From a virus, in IMG/VR virus record IMGVR_UViG_3300050343_000135, positions 1 to 64,000 of that record: 64,000 nucleotides of DNA. One strand, written 5' to 3'. A program made the translations under genes and the position numbers. The notes under the pieces were generated by a model. The model searched no databases, was not told the origin of the DNA, and was given only the letters and a program-made list of their open reading frames with translations. Position 1 is the first letter of the stretch; every line of letters starts with the position of its first letter. Positions 25,188-37,584 of this stretch are shown here, one piece after another.

Positions 25188-25573
25188 TATGCTTCATACA
25201 CCCTTTCAAATGAGCAAGATAAACTATAGAAGTTATCATAGGCCCATGTTTGATTCCAGGACTTACATACAACTTTTACTGTTTCGTTGCCATTAGTATC
25301 ATCTATAGTCATTCTAAATTTTGTAACTCCCCCTAAACTTTCAAAGAAAGCCACTAAGTCATCAATTTCTGCTTTAGGTCTTGTAGTAAAACTTACGTTC
25401 ATTCCTTGAACTAGATTATTAATACCATCTGCTAGTCTTTGTTCATACCCATCTCCAAAAGTTATAGTATGTACTTTAGGTGTGCTTGATCTTTGGAATC
25501 CTTTATCTACAACTACGCCACCAGAAAAACCTGTTATATTACTTCCATCGTTTTGAAATATTGCTGTTGCCAT
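25187..25573 (-). CDS. Minor tail protein M (distal tail)
   Basis: FGDGYEQRLADGINN; ends FERVYE. Confidence 0.85.
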   Translation of the reverse strand: MATAIFQNDGSNITGFSGGVVVDKGFQRSSTPKVHTITFGDGYEQRLADGINNLVQGMNVSFTTRPKAEIDDLVAFFESLGGVTKFRMTIDDTNGNETVKVVCKSWNQTWAYDNFYSLSCSFERVYEA

Positions 25574-28500
25574 TATCTACCTAATACTCCTCCAGGTCTT
25601 TTTTCTCTTTGTATTACTTCCATTACTGCTGCTTCCATCATTTTACCAAGTGCTTTTCCTTTTTCTCCATCCGCAACATTTGAAGAGCTTCCATCAACAT
25701 TTACGTTAATTGATACATTGTTTGTTCCGCTTCCGCCTTTCATATCAACAGGTATGCTTCTTCCATTTGGTAAAGGTACAACAGCTTCATTGTGTCTTCC
25801 TTCTCCTACTAAATAAGTAGGTTCTGTTGCTATTCCACCTTGTGAGTATTTAGGAATGATTCCACCAGTTGCCATAGGTATTATTCCACCATTAGCCATA
25901 GGAGTTGGGAATCCCATAAATCCTAAAGCTTTCAATGCTAGTTGCTGTGCGGCTATTTGAGCCATTTGTTTTAGCATCATTAATGCCATATCTTTAAATG
26001 CTTCTTTCGCTGACATAGAGCCTTGTGCAATTGCTACAAACATATCTTCTATACCTTTTGCAAAGCTCATCTGTAATTGACCTAAATGACTTGCCGCGAA
26101 TTCTGCTGCTGTTGTTTGTGCTTTGAGTAACTCTAATTTCTTTTCATTGTTTGCAATTGAAGCTTCTTCTGCAAGTTGTTCGTCGCTACCCCGCAGCGTA
26201 TTCTTGCTTTTTTTAGTACTGCTCTTTGATTTACAAGAGCAAGTCTTTTTTCTTCTATTTGGAATTTTTTCTGTTCTACGTCTTGTTCTTTCTTTGCTTG
26301 AGCTCCAAATCCTGTTCCACTATACATGCTGTTAAATCCAACATTCCCTATCTGTGAAGCTAATGCTTGAGAATTTACATTAAGAGTATCTTTTTTCAGT
26401 TGTAAGTTTAAAGTTGCTATATCTAATTGTTTTTGTTGCTCTGCGTTAAGTACCTTTTGAACGCCTACTTCTTTTGTGACTGTTGTTACTTTATCTTTAG
26501 CAAGAGTTACTGAGTATTCAGCATCTAGTACTTGCTCTTGAAGTACTCCTCCAGCTGCAAGATAAGCATCTAACGCGTCTTGAGTTGCAAAGCTATCTCT
26601 TGTTCTACTACCCTTTTAATTGAAGTGCTTTAAGTGCTGCTTCTGCATTTGCTTGGTCTTGTTTTGCTCGTGCTAGTTTTTCATCTACTTTTAACATGCC
26701 TGTAGCTGCTATCTTTGCTTTTTTGTCTGCTATTGTTCTTGCATTTGCATGTTCTAAGAAAGTTCTTGCGTTCTCTTGTTGAGTTGATAGAATAGCTTTT
26801 TCAGCTGTTACAATTCCATTAAGTTGTTTTTGAAATTTTTGTAGTTCTGTTAAGTGTAATTCATCCTCAGTTAAAGTAATTTCTGCTTTGGCTCTATCTT
26901 CCATTCCCTGCTTTGTACGAGGGCCTACTAGAGTATTATTTAACCCCATCCTTGTTTTCTTAATTAGAGCTTCCTGAGTTAGTAGCATGTCATTTAAAGC
27001 TTTTCTTTGATTTTGCATAGGCAGTCCTTTACCTGCCATGCCCGCTAAAGCTTGTTGGAAACTTTTACTAACTTCTCCGTATCTTTTTACTCTTTCCGTT
27101 AAACTTACATACGCCCTTTCTTCTTCTCCTAGTCTTTTAATTTGATTGTCACTTAAAGAACCATTCTTTTCAAGTTCAATTCTCATCTCTTTATAAGTAT
27201 CTTTTAGAGGCCCTACTGCACCTTGTTCAAGTTGTTTTAGAGTTTCAATATTTGATTTGTAATTTAGCTGTAAATCTTTATTAGCAAATCCAAGTTCTGA
27301 TAACTGGTCTATTTCTTTCTCTCTTTGCTTCATTGCTTCATCATTAAAGCTCTGAAGTCTAAGTATTCTATCTTTTGCCCTTCCGGTAGAGTGGTCCAAC
27401 ATTTTATTATATCTTTCATCCTGTTTTTCTAAGTAGGCCATGTTTTTCTTTTTCATTGAAAGTGCTTCATTATCTAATATACCCAAATGAACCTCCGATA
27501 CCTGATCCTGTATCGTTAAATATTTTTTTGTTGTTTCTTGTCTAAATTTCTTAGCCTTAGCTAAAGAACCCGCCATGTCTGCAGAAGATATCATATTACC
27601 AAATTGAATAGAAGTATCAAGTCCTTCTTTTACTAACCCTTTGCCTCTGACCTCATTCATTCTTTCTAGTTCTATGTTTAATTCTTTCTGCATTTTTAAC
27701 TGGTCTGCCATTTTTTCGTTTAACTTATCTTGGGCTTCGTTGGCCTTTTTAAAGTACCCTATAATTCCCATAACTATGGAACCAATCATAACTATTATTC
27801 CAAGCAACCTACTATACTCAAGGCTTTTGTCATTAATCCTGCAGTTGCTTTAGTAGCTCTTACCATCAATGTACCTGCTTGTTTCTGTATTAAAACCATT
27901 CTTGCTTGCTGTAATTTAAAGAAGCTTGTTGTTTTTGCATACTCCCCTCTCTTTTTACCTTCACTTACTGCTAAAGATCTTTCCTGTCGTTTTAAATGCT
28001 TAAACATTATTTGTCTTTCTTGTCGAGTATAATTTAAGTAGTCACCCTTTTTAGCTGCTAACATCTTTTTATGGGAGGTAATTTGTTTTTGATTCATCTG
28101 ATTATACATTGAGGACATATTCTTTTGCCCCTTTTTATTTCGCATCATATTAATGCTATCCCATAGATGAATCTCTTGTTTTTCTTATTATCTTTAAAAT
28201 TTAATCTGTCAAATTCGCCTTGCGCTTTCTTTACAGACTCGAGTAGCTGTCTCCATGCTTTCTTTAGCTGTTTCTCCCATTGCTTCAAAAATTAGGTAAA
28301 ATTGTTTTAACAATTGGAAGTGCAAAAAGTCCTAATGCTGCTGTAAGAGCATATACATTATTAGAAAGAAATCCTAATAATGGTAGTAAAACTGTACCGA
28401 TTCCTACTTTAAATTTATTGAGTAAATCATCAAACGCTACTGCAAATTGCTGTAAAGCAAAAGCAGAAGGATCCATAATTTCTGAGATCTTACCAAACTT

Positions 28501-29207
28501 TGATTCAGCTTGATCTAACACTTCATTAGCGATAGCTTGTGATTTTTCAAATTGATTTAATTGTTCTTTTGTCTTACCCACTGAGTCTGCATATGCTCTA
28601 AGAGCAGGGTCTAACCTAAGTATGATACCTAGTTCGTCTAGTAATTCTGGTTCCGCTTTTGTTATACCTCTTGTAAGACGATTAAATGAGTCTGTTAAGT
28701 CTCTACCCAGAGCAAGCGAGGTGTTTTTTGCGGCTTTACCAATCTCTTCTATCTGAGATCTAGAAAGTCCTGCTGCTGTACCAATAGCAACTGATTGAGC
28801 TGCTTCAGAAAATCTTAACTGTCCTTCAGTAGCTGCCTGTACACCTAAGGTGTATGTTTTTAAAGCTACTCCAGTAACAGCACCAAAAGATTGTTGCCCC
28901 TGCAATTAAGTTTTTATAGTCTACAGAGTTAGATAAGAATTGGAACGCAGCTGTAACAGCAAATACTTGAGCAGCCAAGGTAGCATAGATAGGTACAAGA
29001 CCTCCACTAATACCTTGTTGTATTTTTGAGAAGTTTTTAGTTTGGTTTGAGGATTGTCGGGTAAGTCCCCTTACCTGCACGATCGGCGCCTCTTTGAGAC
29101 GTAGCTAATGCATTAAAACCACCTGCGGCTTTTTTGACTTTCTTCTGAAGATCTTTTAGAGTATCTCCATCACTGAATTCAATAGTTATTTGATTCTTCT
29201 TTGTCAT
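25573..29207 (-). CDS. Tape measure protein (multiple indels)
   Basis: T5 pb2-like GLVPIYATLAAQVFAVTAAF and RGITKAEPELLDELGI; coiled-coil body; C-terminal VGEGRHNEAVVPL..REKRPGG. Confidence 0.85.
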
Positions 29208-30001
29208 TATCCTTTTTTCTCTGCGCTTTTACGTTTGCGTTCAAGCTCTTTGTTAATTTTAGTAGTATTTCTAGCTTCTATATGTTTAAGAAATACTAAT
29301 ACTACTTGTCTTTCTTCAATTTCAAATATATTTAGTATTGATTCTAGAGCGGAATAATTCTTTCCTATATATCCGCCTTCTATCCAATTGTCTGGTAAAA
29401 AATCGTGAACTAAAAATGCTTCCTGAACTTCTTTTGGAAACTCACTCCTATCTGGAGGCATCTTCATTGGATCAGGTTCTTCACCTGTTTGTTCACATAT
29501 TCTTAAGTATGTTTCGAGAGGGTAACATATCCTCTCTATAAAACGCATCTAATTTTGCAAGTATTAGTTTTACTTGCTCTGCGTAAAATTTTCTAAGTCA
29601 CCTACTGTTTCCGTGACCCAAGTGTCAAAATCAGATGCATTTTTCATTAGTATCTCTGCATCTTCGTGTGAGTATGATAACTCATCTTCTTTGTTAACAC
29701 CCCTTGTAAGTTTACAAGTAACATCTTTTCTAGGTACTTATATTTGAGTCCTTTCCATCCTTTAATTACTGCTTTTACAATATTCGACTAAAAATTTGTC
29801 GTCATCTAAAACTTCTTCAAATGCTCTTGTTTTCTTGTTAAATTTCTGAGATAGACATCTTGATCTTAGTTTGACCAATTCTTCTCTTGCTAAGTAACAT
29901 AAATCTACTGTCATTCCTGGAAACTCCGGGTAGTCTATAGTTACTGTTTTGCTTGGAGTTAATAAACTCGCTAGTGATACTGTTTTCTTTTCTTCTGTCA
30001 T
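29207..30001 (-). CDS. Tail assembly chaperones G/GT with -1 slippery site
   Basis: G ends ..GDLENFTQSK* (TAA at 29570-29572); in-frame A AAT TTT at 29591-29585; downstream YLRICEQTGEEPDP motif. Confidence 0.7.
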
Positions 30002-30017
30002 AATAATTCCTGGTTAA

Positions 30018-30041
30018 AAGTGGGGGAGAGTTACTCCCCCG
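30018..30041 (-). terminator. Intrinsic terminator after the tail tube gene
   Basis: GGGGGAG/CTCCCCC stem followed by a T-run on the - strand. Confidence 0.7.
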
Positions 30042-30051
30042 TTTGTTAATA

Positions 30052-31248
30052 TTAGCTACCAGTATAAGTTACTTTTGCTTCAAAATTGTTTGCAGTAGAT
30101 GGATCTACTGAACTTGGTAAAGCATGGAAGCTTGTTTCTAGTGATATAATGTCATCAATAGAATGGCTTGGTACTTCAAAGTGACAATTTGGTAAATCAA
30201 TTTGTATCTTTGGAGCTGTAGTTCCGCCTATTTTAAATACTGTATTAAAGCCATTGTTAATTTTGTCTGTGGCTTCGATTAAGTCTTCAAATAAGTCAGC
30301 ACTTCCGCCTGCTTCTCTATTTAAGTAACATGTAAAATTACCTGATACGTTTCTTGTTCCTGTAACATGCCCTAGTGGTTGGTTAACGATTCCTAACGTT
30401 TCTGGTGTTAAATATGTTATGTTGTTTTCCATAGTCACATTTCCACCTGTTAGTACTACATTATAGTTTCCACCACTGGATCCTGGGAACGTACTTGTAT
30501 CAGAGGTATTTGTTACTGATAATTGGGTTAATCTATTTCTAATAAAGTTACTCGTGCCTGTAGTTGCTTCTGTAATCTCAGTTGTGATTGTGCTCGGTAA
30601 AGATGCTAAATCCTGTATTATAGATGCAAAACCTGACCATGTGATAGTAGCAATACCATCTATATCAAAATCAATAGATGCAGAATTTACAACTGCATTT
30701 TTTAATCTATAATATGTAGGTCCGGTTACGCCTGATCCGCCTGCTGCTCCGCCCATCTCAAAGAACAAATCAAATGTTCCTAGAGCTGCAACTTCTGAAT
30801 CAACAAAATCAACAATCATACTTGAAGTAGTGTTGTCAACTCCCTTGTTCCATACGGCTACAGATGAATCGTCTGCTGAAGCAGTAAATGTAGGTGCTGA
30901 TGCAAAGTTAGCCCAAAGAGCTTCCTCTACTGCGTGATGAATCAAAGTTGTATGTTTTTCCCATCCACCAGTAGCATCTGCTACTGATCTAAAGGGTCTT
31001 ATATAAGTTTGAAAAGACCATTCCGCAGGTGCGTAAGAATCAGTAAACATTTGTCTACTTCTTCTAGTTTTACCAGCACTGTCCGACATCTCTGCTAGAG
31101 TAATTTCACTTGTGTTTGTGCCTTGTGAGAAACTGAATCCATCTAATACAGGTATTTTCCATGAAGTTCCTGCTGTTGAACCAGCATCATTCACGCCCAT
31201 CATTAAATAGACCTCGGTATCCCGGCTAAAATAAAATTTGTCTGCCAT
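30052..31248 (-). CDS. Major tail tube protein (T5 pb6-like)
   Basis: IPVLDGFSFSQ, APAEWSFQTYIRP, IDFDIDGIATITWSG, NNITYLTPE. Confidence 0.9.
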   Translation of the reverse strand: MADKFYFSRDTEVYLMMGVNDAGSTAGTSWKIPVLDGFSFSQGTNTSEITLAEMSDSAGKTRRSRQMFTDSYAPAEWSFQTYIRPFRSVADATGGWEKHTTLIHHAVEEALWANFASAPTFTASADDSSVAVWNKGVDNTTSSMIVDFVDSEVAALGTFDLFFEMGGAAGGSGVTGPTYYRLKNAVVNSASIDFDIDGIATITWSGFASIIQDLASLPSTITTEITEATTGTSNFIRNRLTQLSVTNTSDTSTFPGSSGGNYNVVLTGGNVTMENNITYLTPETLGIVNQPLGHVTGTRNVSGNFTCYLNREAGGSADLFEDLIEATDKINNGFNTVFKIGGTTAPKIQIDLPNCHFEVPSHSIDDIISLETSFHALPSSVDPSTANNFEAKVTYTGS

Positions 31249-31313
31249 TTTTTTCTCCGTTTTTTCTTGTAAAGAGCCTTGACAAATTATTATTCATCGT
31301 AGCTGTTTACTCT

Positions 31314-31778
31314 CTAGTATTGAATCTCCATCAGTATCTCGCCGATACCTAAAGGATCCATAACACCTTCATCGGTGTCTATACTAATTATTGTGGTTTG
31401 CACAGTTTTTTGTGCTACACCATTTTTATCATAATAAGTAAGAGGATCTTCTGCTTCAAGAACTGTTTCCAGGTCTTCAAGTAAAGCATCTAATGCTCCT
31501 ACTGCGTCATCGTTATCCTCTACGTAACATCTTAATGTTATAGTAAGATAACGAAACTTAAATCCACCACCATCATATGAACGAATCTCACGACCCGCAT
31601 TTAGATGAACTGCTGGAAACTCTCTAACTTCGTCCCAAAATGTAAGTCTTGGACTACATTCTGCAACTGCAGTTTGGTACTCACCAGTACCATCAATTCT
31701 TTCAATAACATCTACCAAAGCGTTAACAATATTTTGTCTTCTTGTCGTATATAATCTTGTTGACGTTTGCTCTGGCAT
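31314..31778 (-). CDS. Tail terminator protein (T5 p142-like)
   Basis: FWDEVREFPAVH...IDTDEGVMDPLGIGEI; synteny. Confidence 0.75.
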   Translation of the reverse strand: MPEQTSTRLYTTRRQNIVNALVDVIERIDGTGEYQTAVAECSPRLTFWDEVREFPAVHLNAGREIRSYDGGGFKFRYLTITLRCYVEDNDDAVGALDALLEDLETVLEAEDPLTYYDKNGVAQKTVQTTIISIDTDEGVMDPLGIGEILMEIQY

Positions 31779-33292
31779 TATTCAAATTCCCTTGTTAATC
31801 CTGAAACCGTTTGGCCTCTCATGTTTACTGCTACAATCTCTCGTATGCTCTTTCCTATTATATGTCTTGGGTCTCTATACTGATTTGCCCAAGGCGCTCT
31901 ACCATGTCCGGGTTCAAATACTCCATACGGACGTTGTGGGTACGTATATCCAATATATAAACCTCCTCTTGGTCCTACTACTACATTGTCTACTTTAGCA
32001 CTAGTTGCAAATTTTCCTGTTTGATTATTCAACCTAGGAGAACCCATGTTTGCTTCTATAGCTCTTGGAAGTATATTATTTATCATATTTTTAATTAATA
32101 AACCTTCCTTATCCATTCTAAATCCTGGACCCATTTGAGCACTTGCTCTCTGACCTTTAGACATTTTACTCATAGGAGGATTTGCTGCTTGTGAGGCTAC
32201 TGTTTTTACTTTTACGCTATCCGCCCCTTTACGCATTACTTCTATAGCTTTTCCTATTTTCTTTGTTGCCCTTATATTCTCTAAATTCTTATTGAAACTT
32301 ATCTTTGTCTTTGTTCCTTTGCCTACTCCTGCCATTTGAGCATTTGCTTTACGCATCTGCTTTCTTGCTTCTTGTTCCATGATTTCAACTGCTTTATCAT
32401 CACCAAAATCAGAAAACTCATCAAATATATCTGGGGAGTCTGATGCAAAAGCTGCTATCTCTTTCTTAGGAACTTTACCATCCTTCATAGCTTTTATCTT
32501 TTTCTTCAGTGCTGCATTAAAATGCTTTCTAAATACACTCTCAAACTCTTTTCCGTCATCTTTATCTGGTTTACCTGCTTGCTTTGTATTAGGAGCTATA
32601 ATAAACTCAATAAAATGATTTCTATGTATACTGTTCTTCGTCTTTCTTTTATCTATCCTAGAATTAATCTTTGCATGTAAGTAACCTTGTACTGCTGATA
32701 CTAAAAAAGATATCCACCATTCATCATTACTTACTGTATCATTCATGGCTTTAATTATTGAAGTCTGCATATTATTTCCTGCTGACCCCGGTCTATTTAC
32801 TACATTGTCTTGTCCTGGAAAAGTCATCTGACCACCTGATTGTTGGTCTCTTTCTAATTCTTTTCCATGCTCTGCAATAATTCTTTTTACATAAGTTTTC
32901 TTCTTTGCCCATCTGTTTAAAGGTCTCTTTAAACTAACAACGGCATTTTGATACCATTTCTTAGAAGCTTTACTAGTGTTCTTAATCTTAATGATTATAA
33001 CTCCAGCTTTAGATGTTCTACTTTGCTTTGCCCAAGTACGAGGTTTACCGCTACTATACCACTTTCTTATAACTGCTTGAATTTCTTTCCAGTCTTTGTC
33101 AAAGGTTTTATCTATAGCTTTTCCAAGTGCTTCTTTATCTGGGCCTTTATAGTTATTCAATGCTTCTGTTTTAAATGCGTGTAACCAGTCTTCTCTTCTT
33201 ATAGTTATTCGCATTTGTTGAATACCTGTGGCATCTCTGCCTTGAAAACTCTTTAAAAAATCTTGTAAGTACTTTTTACGTTGACTTCTCAC
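31778..33292 (-). CDS. Tail completion/neck protein with long basic N-terminal extension
   Basis: C-terminal MGSPRLNNQTGKFA...PYGVFEPG...RDPRHIIGKSIREI; synteny with T5 p143. Confidence 0.7.
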   Translation of the reverse strand: MRSQRKKYLQDFLKSFQGRDATGIQQMRITIRREDWLHAFKTEALNNYKGPDKEALGKAIDKTFDKDWKEIQAVIRKWYSSGKPRTWAKQSRTSKAGVIIIKIKNTSKASKKWYQNAVVSLKRPLNRWAKKKTYVKRIIAEHGKELERDQQSGGQMTFPGQDNVVNRPGSAGNNMQTSIIKAMNDTVSNDEWWISFLVSAVQGYLHAKINSRIDKRKTKNSIHRNHFIEFIIAPNTKQAGKPDKDDGKEFESVFRKHFNAALKKKIKAMKDGKVPKKEIAAFASDSPDIFDEFSDFGDDKAVEIMEQEARKQMRKANAQMAGVGKGTKTKISFNKNLENIRATKKIGKAIEVMRKGADSVKVKTVASQAANPPMSKMSKGQRASAQMGPGFRMDKEGLLIKNMINNILPRAIEANMGSPRLNNQTGKFATSAKVDNVVVGPRGGLYIGYTYPQRPYGVFEPGHGRAPWANQYRDPRHIIGKSIREIVAVNMRGQTVSGLTREFE

Positions 33293-33655
33293 TACACTAC
33301 TACTCTATACAAATCAAGCACTCTTTTAATGTGGTCTGGAAAATCAGTATTGTTCCTTACACTTGATGAGCCTTGTTGCTCGAGTGTAGCTCCCTGTATT
33401 GTTCTTCTAGACTTGTGCTCGTCTCGTAAGTAGTATGTAATTAGGTCATGTACGGCCAATTTAAGATCAGAAGGTACAGCTGAGTAGCCAGATCGATATC
33501 TTATCTGTACTGTAATAATCTATAAAACTTGTACCGCAATACTTTTTTGCAAGGTCACTAACTTGTGGAACTATAATATCAAGACGCTGGTCTTCTTTCT
33601 GACCCGTCATGCCTTCTGCATTTTTATATTCCTGTACTGTTATTAAGTCTGCCAT
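33292..33655 (-). CDS. Head completion/head-tail adaptor (frameshifted)
   Basis: MADLITVQEYK..KKYCG; other frame ends FPDHIKRVLDLYRVV. Confidence 0.7.
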
Positions 33656-33659
33656 AATT

Positions 33660-33687
33660 AAAAAGTGGGAATGTTAGGTACATTCCC
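33660..33687 (-). terminator. Intrinsic terminator after the capsid gene
   Basis: GGGAATGT/ACATTCCC stem plus T-run on the - strand. Confidence 0.7.
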
Positions 33688-33708
33688 GAAAACCTTATTG
33701 AGCTAATA

Positions 33709-35750
33709 TTAGCTAGCTTTGTACATCCAAGCCCATTTAGAAGTTGCACCATCAATTAAGTCAGTGAATCCTAATCTCTGTGAAGCCACTAAGACTCTTC
33801 TTTGATTAATTACTTCATAGTCAGATTCTACTGTTACGCCTCTTAATCTTGGCATTACGTAGTTTCTTGGATTAACAGCAACAGCTGCGAACTTAGATAC
33901 TGCTGGTGTAGCGAATTCGTCACAAAGAAGTACTCTTGAACCGAACACTTGTCCAATTTCACCAGATAACTTAGTTGCCATGTCGCCAACTAGGTTAGCG
34001 TCTTGGAACTCTGTATCTTCTAGTAGTTCGTAGTATGATCTTTGTGAAACAATATACACTACTTCTTGATGGATTAACACCATATTTACCCATGTTCTTT
34101 CTCATTTCAAGTAAGTCAGTTGCTACAATTTTATCAGTTGCAAAAGCAGTTGCTGATTGTGTGTAGTCACTGTCATTTCTTGCTAAGTGTAGTAAACCTT
34201 CGAAAGAAGCTCCGCCAGTACCAAATACACCGTCAGCGTCATCACCAGCTAGGATTGAGTTTTCAATTGCTCTAGCGTGTGATCTTACCATTGATTCTCT
34301 AATTAAAGGAAGAATCGGTAAGATTGCATCTTCTTCAGTTTCATTACCTAGGAATGATTGAGAGATAAGTTTTTTAGTTGAAAGAGTTCTTTCAGCCATA
34401 GATACCCCAGCATCGTCACCATAAGTAGCAGACCTCATATCTAAGTTGTCATTTGCTACAGCAGACCCTGAAGTAAATTCAGCGTAACCACTATCTGGTA
34501 AGATTGGGATAATCATGTTTGCAGAAGTCATTGGTACTTCTCTAAATAGAGGAGCTAAGACTAATTCATTTTGAATATCTCTTTCAATATTTAGTTGAAA
34601 CGATTTGCTCGAAATCAGCTGATGAAACATTTACACCTGAATGAGTGTTAACTTTTTCCATCACATTTTTAGCAACTTCACTGTCCCATCCTTTACCAGT
34701 AGCTAAACCAGCAAATTTTGCGTCAACGATATCTTGCTCAAAAGTTTTCTTCCAATCGCCTTGACCGTTTCTGTCTGAGAAATGTCTTTTTGACTCTCTC
34801 ATTTTTACGATTTCTTCTGATTTCTCAGCTAGTTGAGATTCGAGTCCTTTAACAACTTGCTCTAAGTTAGAGTAGTCTTCTTTAACTCTAGACTCAACAT
34901 CATTCATGAGCTTCTCAGCTCCTGTTAGTCCAGCTTCAACTATAGTTTTAGTTTTTTCCTGATCTGCTTCTTCAGCAGCTTTTTGAACTTCCGCTTCGTC
35001 AGTTGCTTTTTGAGCAGCTTCTTCTGCAGCCTTCTGTTCAGCAGCTTTTTGTTCAGCTTGTTTCATTGCAATTTCAGCAGCTGTATCAGCAGCTACTTGC
35101 TTTGCGAATGCCTCAAGATTGAACTCTGAGTTGCTTTCAGGAGATTTATTTTCTTTTGACATATTTGTCTCCATGTTGTGGGATTCCTCCCTTCCTGGCT
35201 GCTCAACATTAACAGCGTCTGCTGATTCTGCTGGGTTAGCCTTATAAAAAGTTTGCTTATACTTGTTGTATTCTTCCATGCTATCAAATGACTTGCTTAA
35301 GCCAAAGGTTGCCCCTTGGTTGCAAGGCACTGATACTACGGAAACTTCAAAAAGCTCTGCGTCCTTTATCTTGTATCCATCGGTTTCAGTCATATAATCA
35401 GCGTCCTTGACTTTGAAACCAACAGAAAAAGCTCCAAGGACACCGTCTTTAATTAATTGTGTTACATCACCTGCAGCTTTTGATATCTTTGCAGATATCT
35501 CTAAACCGTTTTCTGTAACTTGTAAATCTTTTGCACGACCAATAGGTTTGTCGTAGTTGTGATTGAACAAAATAATTGGATTATTTTTGAAATTTTCTAA
35601 TCCACCTTTTGTCCATGCTCCACTTTCAATAATATCTCCAGCTCTATCAAGTCCGTTTGTACTTGCGGAACCTTTAATATCTATGCCACCATCATCAGTT
35701 TCACCTAATGCTTTAAAAGTGCTAGTCCAATGATAAATCTTATTTGACAT
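33709..35750 (-). CDS. Prohead protease fused in frame to HK97-fold major capsid protein (two indels in the MCP)
   Basis: IILFNHNYDKPIG and ELFEVSVVSVPCNQ protease motifs; coiled-coil scaffold; T5 pb8-like EEDAILPILPLIRESMVRSHARAIE; internal GGAG+ATG at 35162. Confidence 0.9.
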
Positions 35751-36004
35751 CTTTCTTCTCCACTTTCTTCTTAGCAGGTGCTTTTTTCTTAACAGGTGCT
35801 TCTTTTACTTCTGGTGCAGTTACTTCTACTGGGTATCTTTTTGAGACTACACTAAGTACTCTTCTCCAAGAACCAAATGCTCTTCTTAATAAGTAATCTT
35901 TAACAGGAACATCATTCCCTTTTGCTTTATAAGCAGGCAAATCCATAGGACCGCCTTCTTTTAAAGTAATCGGAAAGAGCTTTTACCATCATATCTTTTG
36001 TCAT
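35740..36004 (-). CDS. Small basic protein between portal and protease (frameshifted)
   Basis: ATG at 36004; RRAFGSWRRVL motif; Lys-rich tail. Confidence 0.5.
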
Positions 36005-36006
36005 AA

Positions 36007-37226
36007 TTATTCTTCCTCGCTTGGGGCAGCCTCTGTAGGTCTACCTCCTTGTTCTGGATTAGTAGCAGAGCCTGCTATATTTGCAGGTACTCTTGGCTCA
36101 TCAAATCCATCCACAGGTTCTTTTCCTAATGCTTCTCTAGCTTCGTTAGCACTTAATATGCCTGTATTGACTAAAGTAGCATAGTATGCTGCCTGGTCTC
36201 TCAATTCTGGTTGTAAAGCAGGAATCCCTGTTACATCTTCAGACATTGAAAATCCAAAAAATCTTTCTAAAGCATAACTAACTTTTTTAACTATTGGTAG
36301 TATAGTTTCTAAGTAGTATAATCTATGGTTAGGTCTTATGTTTGCGTTATTACCTCCATCCATTAAAATTGATGGTATTCCCATAGCTTCTAGTATAATT
36401 CTTTCATTTGACTTGATTCCTTCTTGAAAGTCTAACTCTTTAAAGTTAATTTCTGTCAAGTTTTCTACTTCAAGTCCGCCATCTAAAAATAGAGGTCTTC
36501 TACCTCCAGATTTAGGGTTATATCTTGCAACCCAGGCTTGTAACATTCTTTCTTTTATCTTTTCAGAAAGAGTGTTTGGTGATTTTTAGTACTAATCCTG
36601 GAACTGCTCCATTCTTAAAAAAGTTATCTTGGAAATCTCTCATGCTTCCTAGTAACTGCATAGTTCTGAAAGCTGGTTTTAATCTTGGTACTCCTCTGTA
36701 TATTGAGTTGAAACTATTTTCTTTTATATGTATAATTTCATCAGGACTGTAATCTATTGAGTTGTCATATGAGTATCTTTCTACGTAGGTTTTATCATCT
36801 GTGTAAATTCTTACTTTATCTGCAGGAAGATGATATAAATGTGCTCCATCAAAATAAATAAAGATGTTTCCATCTATAAGTAAATCAATTATAAGATTTC
36901 TTTTAAAAGCACTTACATCTTGAAAAGGGTTTGGCTCTTTGTTAATAAGTAAATCTACTTTTGACCTACGAATATTTTTTAAAACATTTGTAGTACCTAC
37001 TATCTTTTCTCCGACTAGCAAAAGGTATTTCTGAAACATCATCAACAATCATATTTACTGCTCTATTAACAATTTCTAGTTGTTCATAAGCATTTCTATA
37101 ATTGGTAACTACTTCACGAGAATCAATAGTCATACCCTCATTTCGGGATATTACATACTGAGCAGGATTAAGTTTTTCCTCATCTACTATGGGAGCTCTA
37201 CCTAATAATCTATCATACCATGCCAT
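36007..37226 (-). CDS. Portal protein (three fragments)
   Basis: EPNPFQD..FKRNLIIDLLIDGN, NFFKNGAVPG, GGNNANIRPN, GILSANEARE. Confidence 0.9.
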
Positions 37227-37584
37227 ATTTGTCTCTCTGCTTCTCGACCCATCTTTTTTGTTTCTCTGCGTGTATCAATTTGGGTCGTTTTCCATAAACT
37301 GAATGTAACTTCATATGGTGACTATGGCAGAGTGTGACTGTATCCTTGTAAAGTTCTGTATAGTGTTCATCAATAAAGGCTTCTCGAATCTCTAGTATTT
37401 CTTGTTCGTTTTTAATAATTAATTTTTTCTTTTTTATCCAAGTTTCTAGTAGTTCTGTAAGCCCGTGATAGTGATGAAAATCTAACTGTTCGGTACTTCC
37501 ACAGATATAACAATCGCTTGATTTTTTATATTGTGATTTCGCTTTATCTCGTACGTATTTAACTAAATCTCTTTTGAAATTCAT
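37213..37584 (-). CDS. HNH nicking endonuclease (T5 SciA-like)
   Basis: CYICGSTEQLDFHHY...TLCHSHHMKLHS; sits between terL and portal; own promoter at 37604-37633 supports the start at 37584. Confidence 0.75.
   Translation of the reverse strand: MNFKRDLVKYVRDKAKSQYKKSSDCYICGSTEQLDFHHYHGLTELLETWIKKKKLIIKNEQEILEIREAFIDEHYTELYKDTVTLCHSHHMKLHSVYGKRPKLIHAEKQKRWVEKQRDKYGMV

Noticed and set aside
37213-37584. Mobile homing endonuclease
   Set aside because: Its position between terL and portal matches the conserved T5 nicking nuclease, and there is no intron context.
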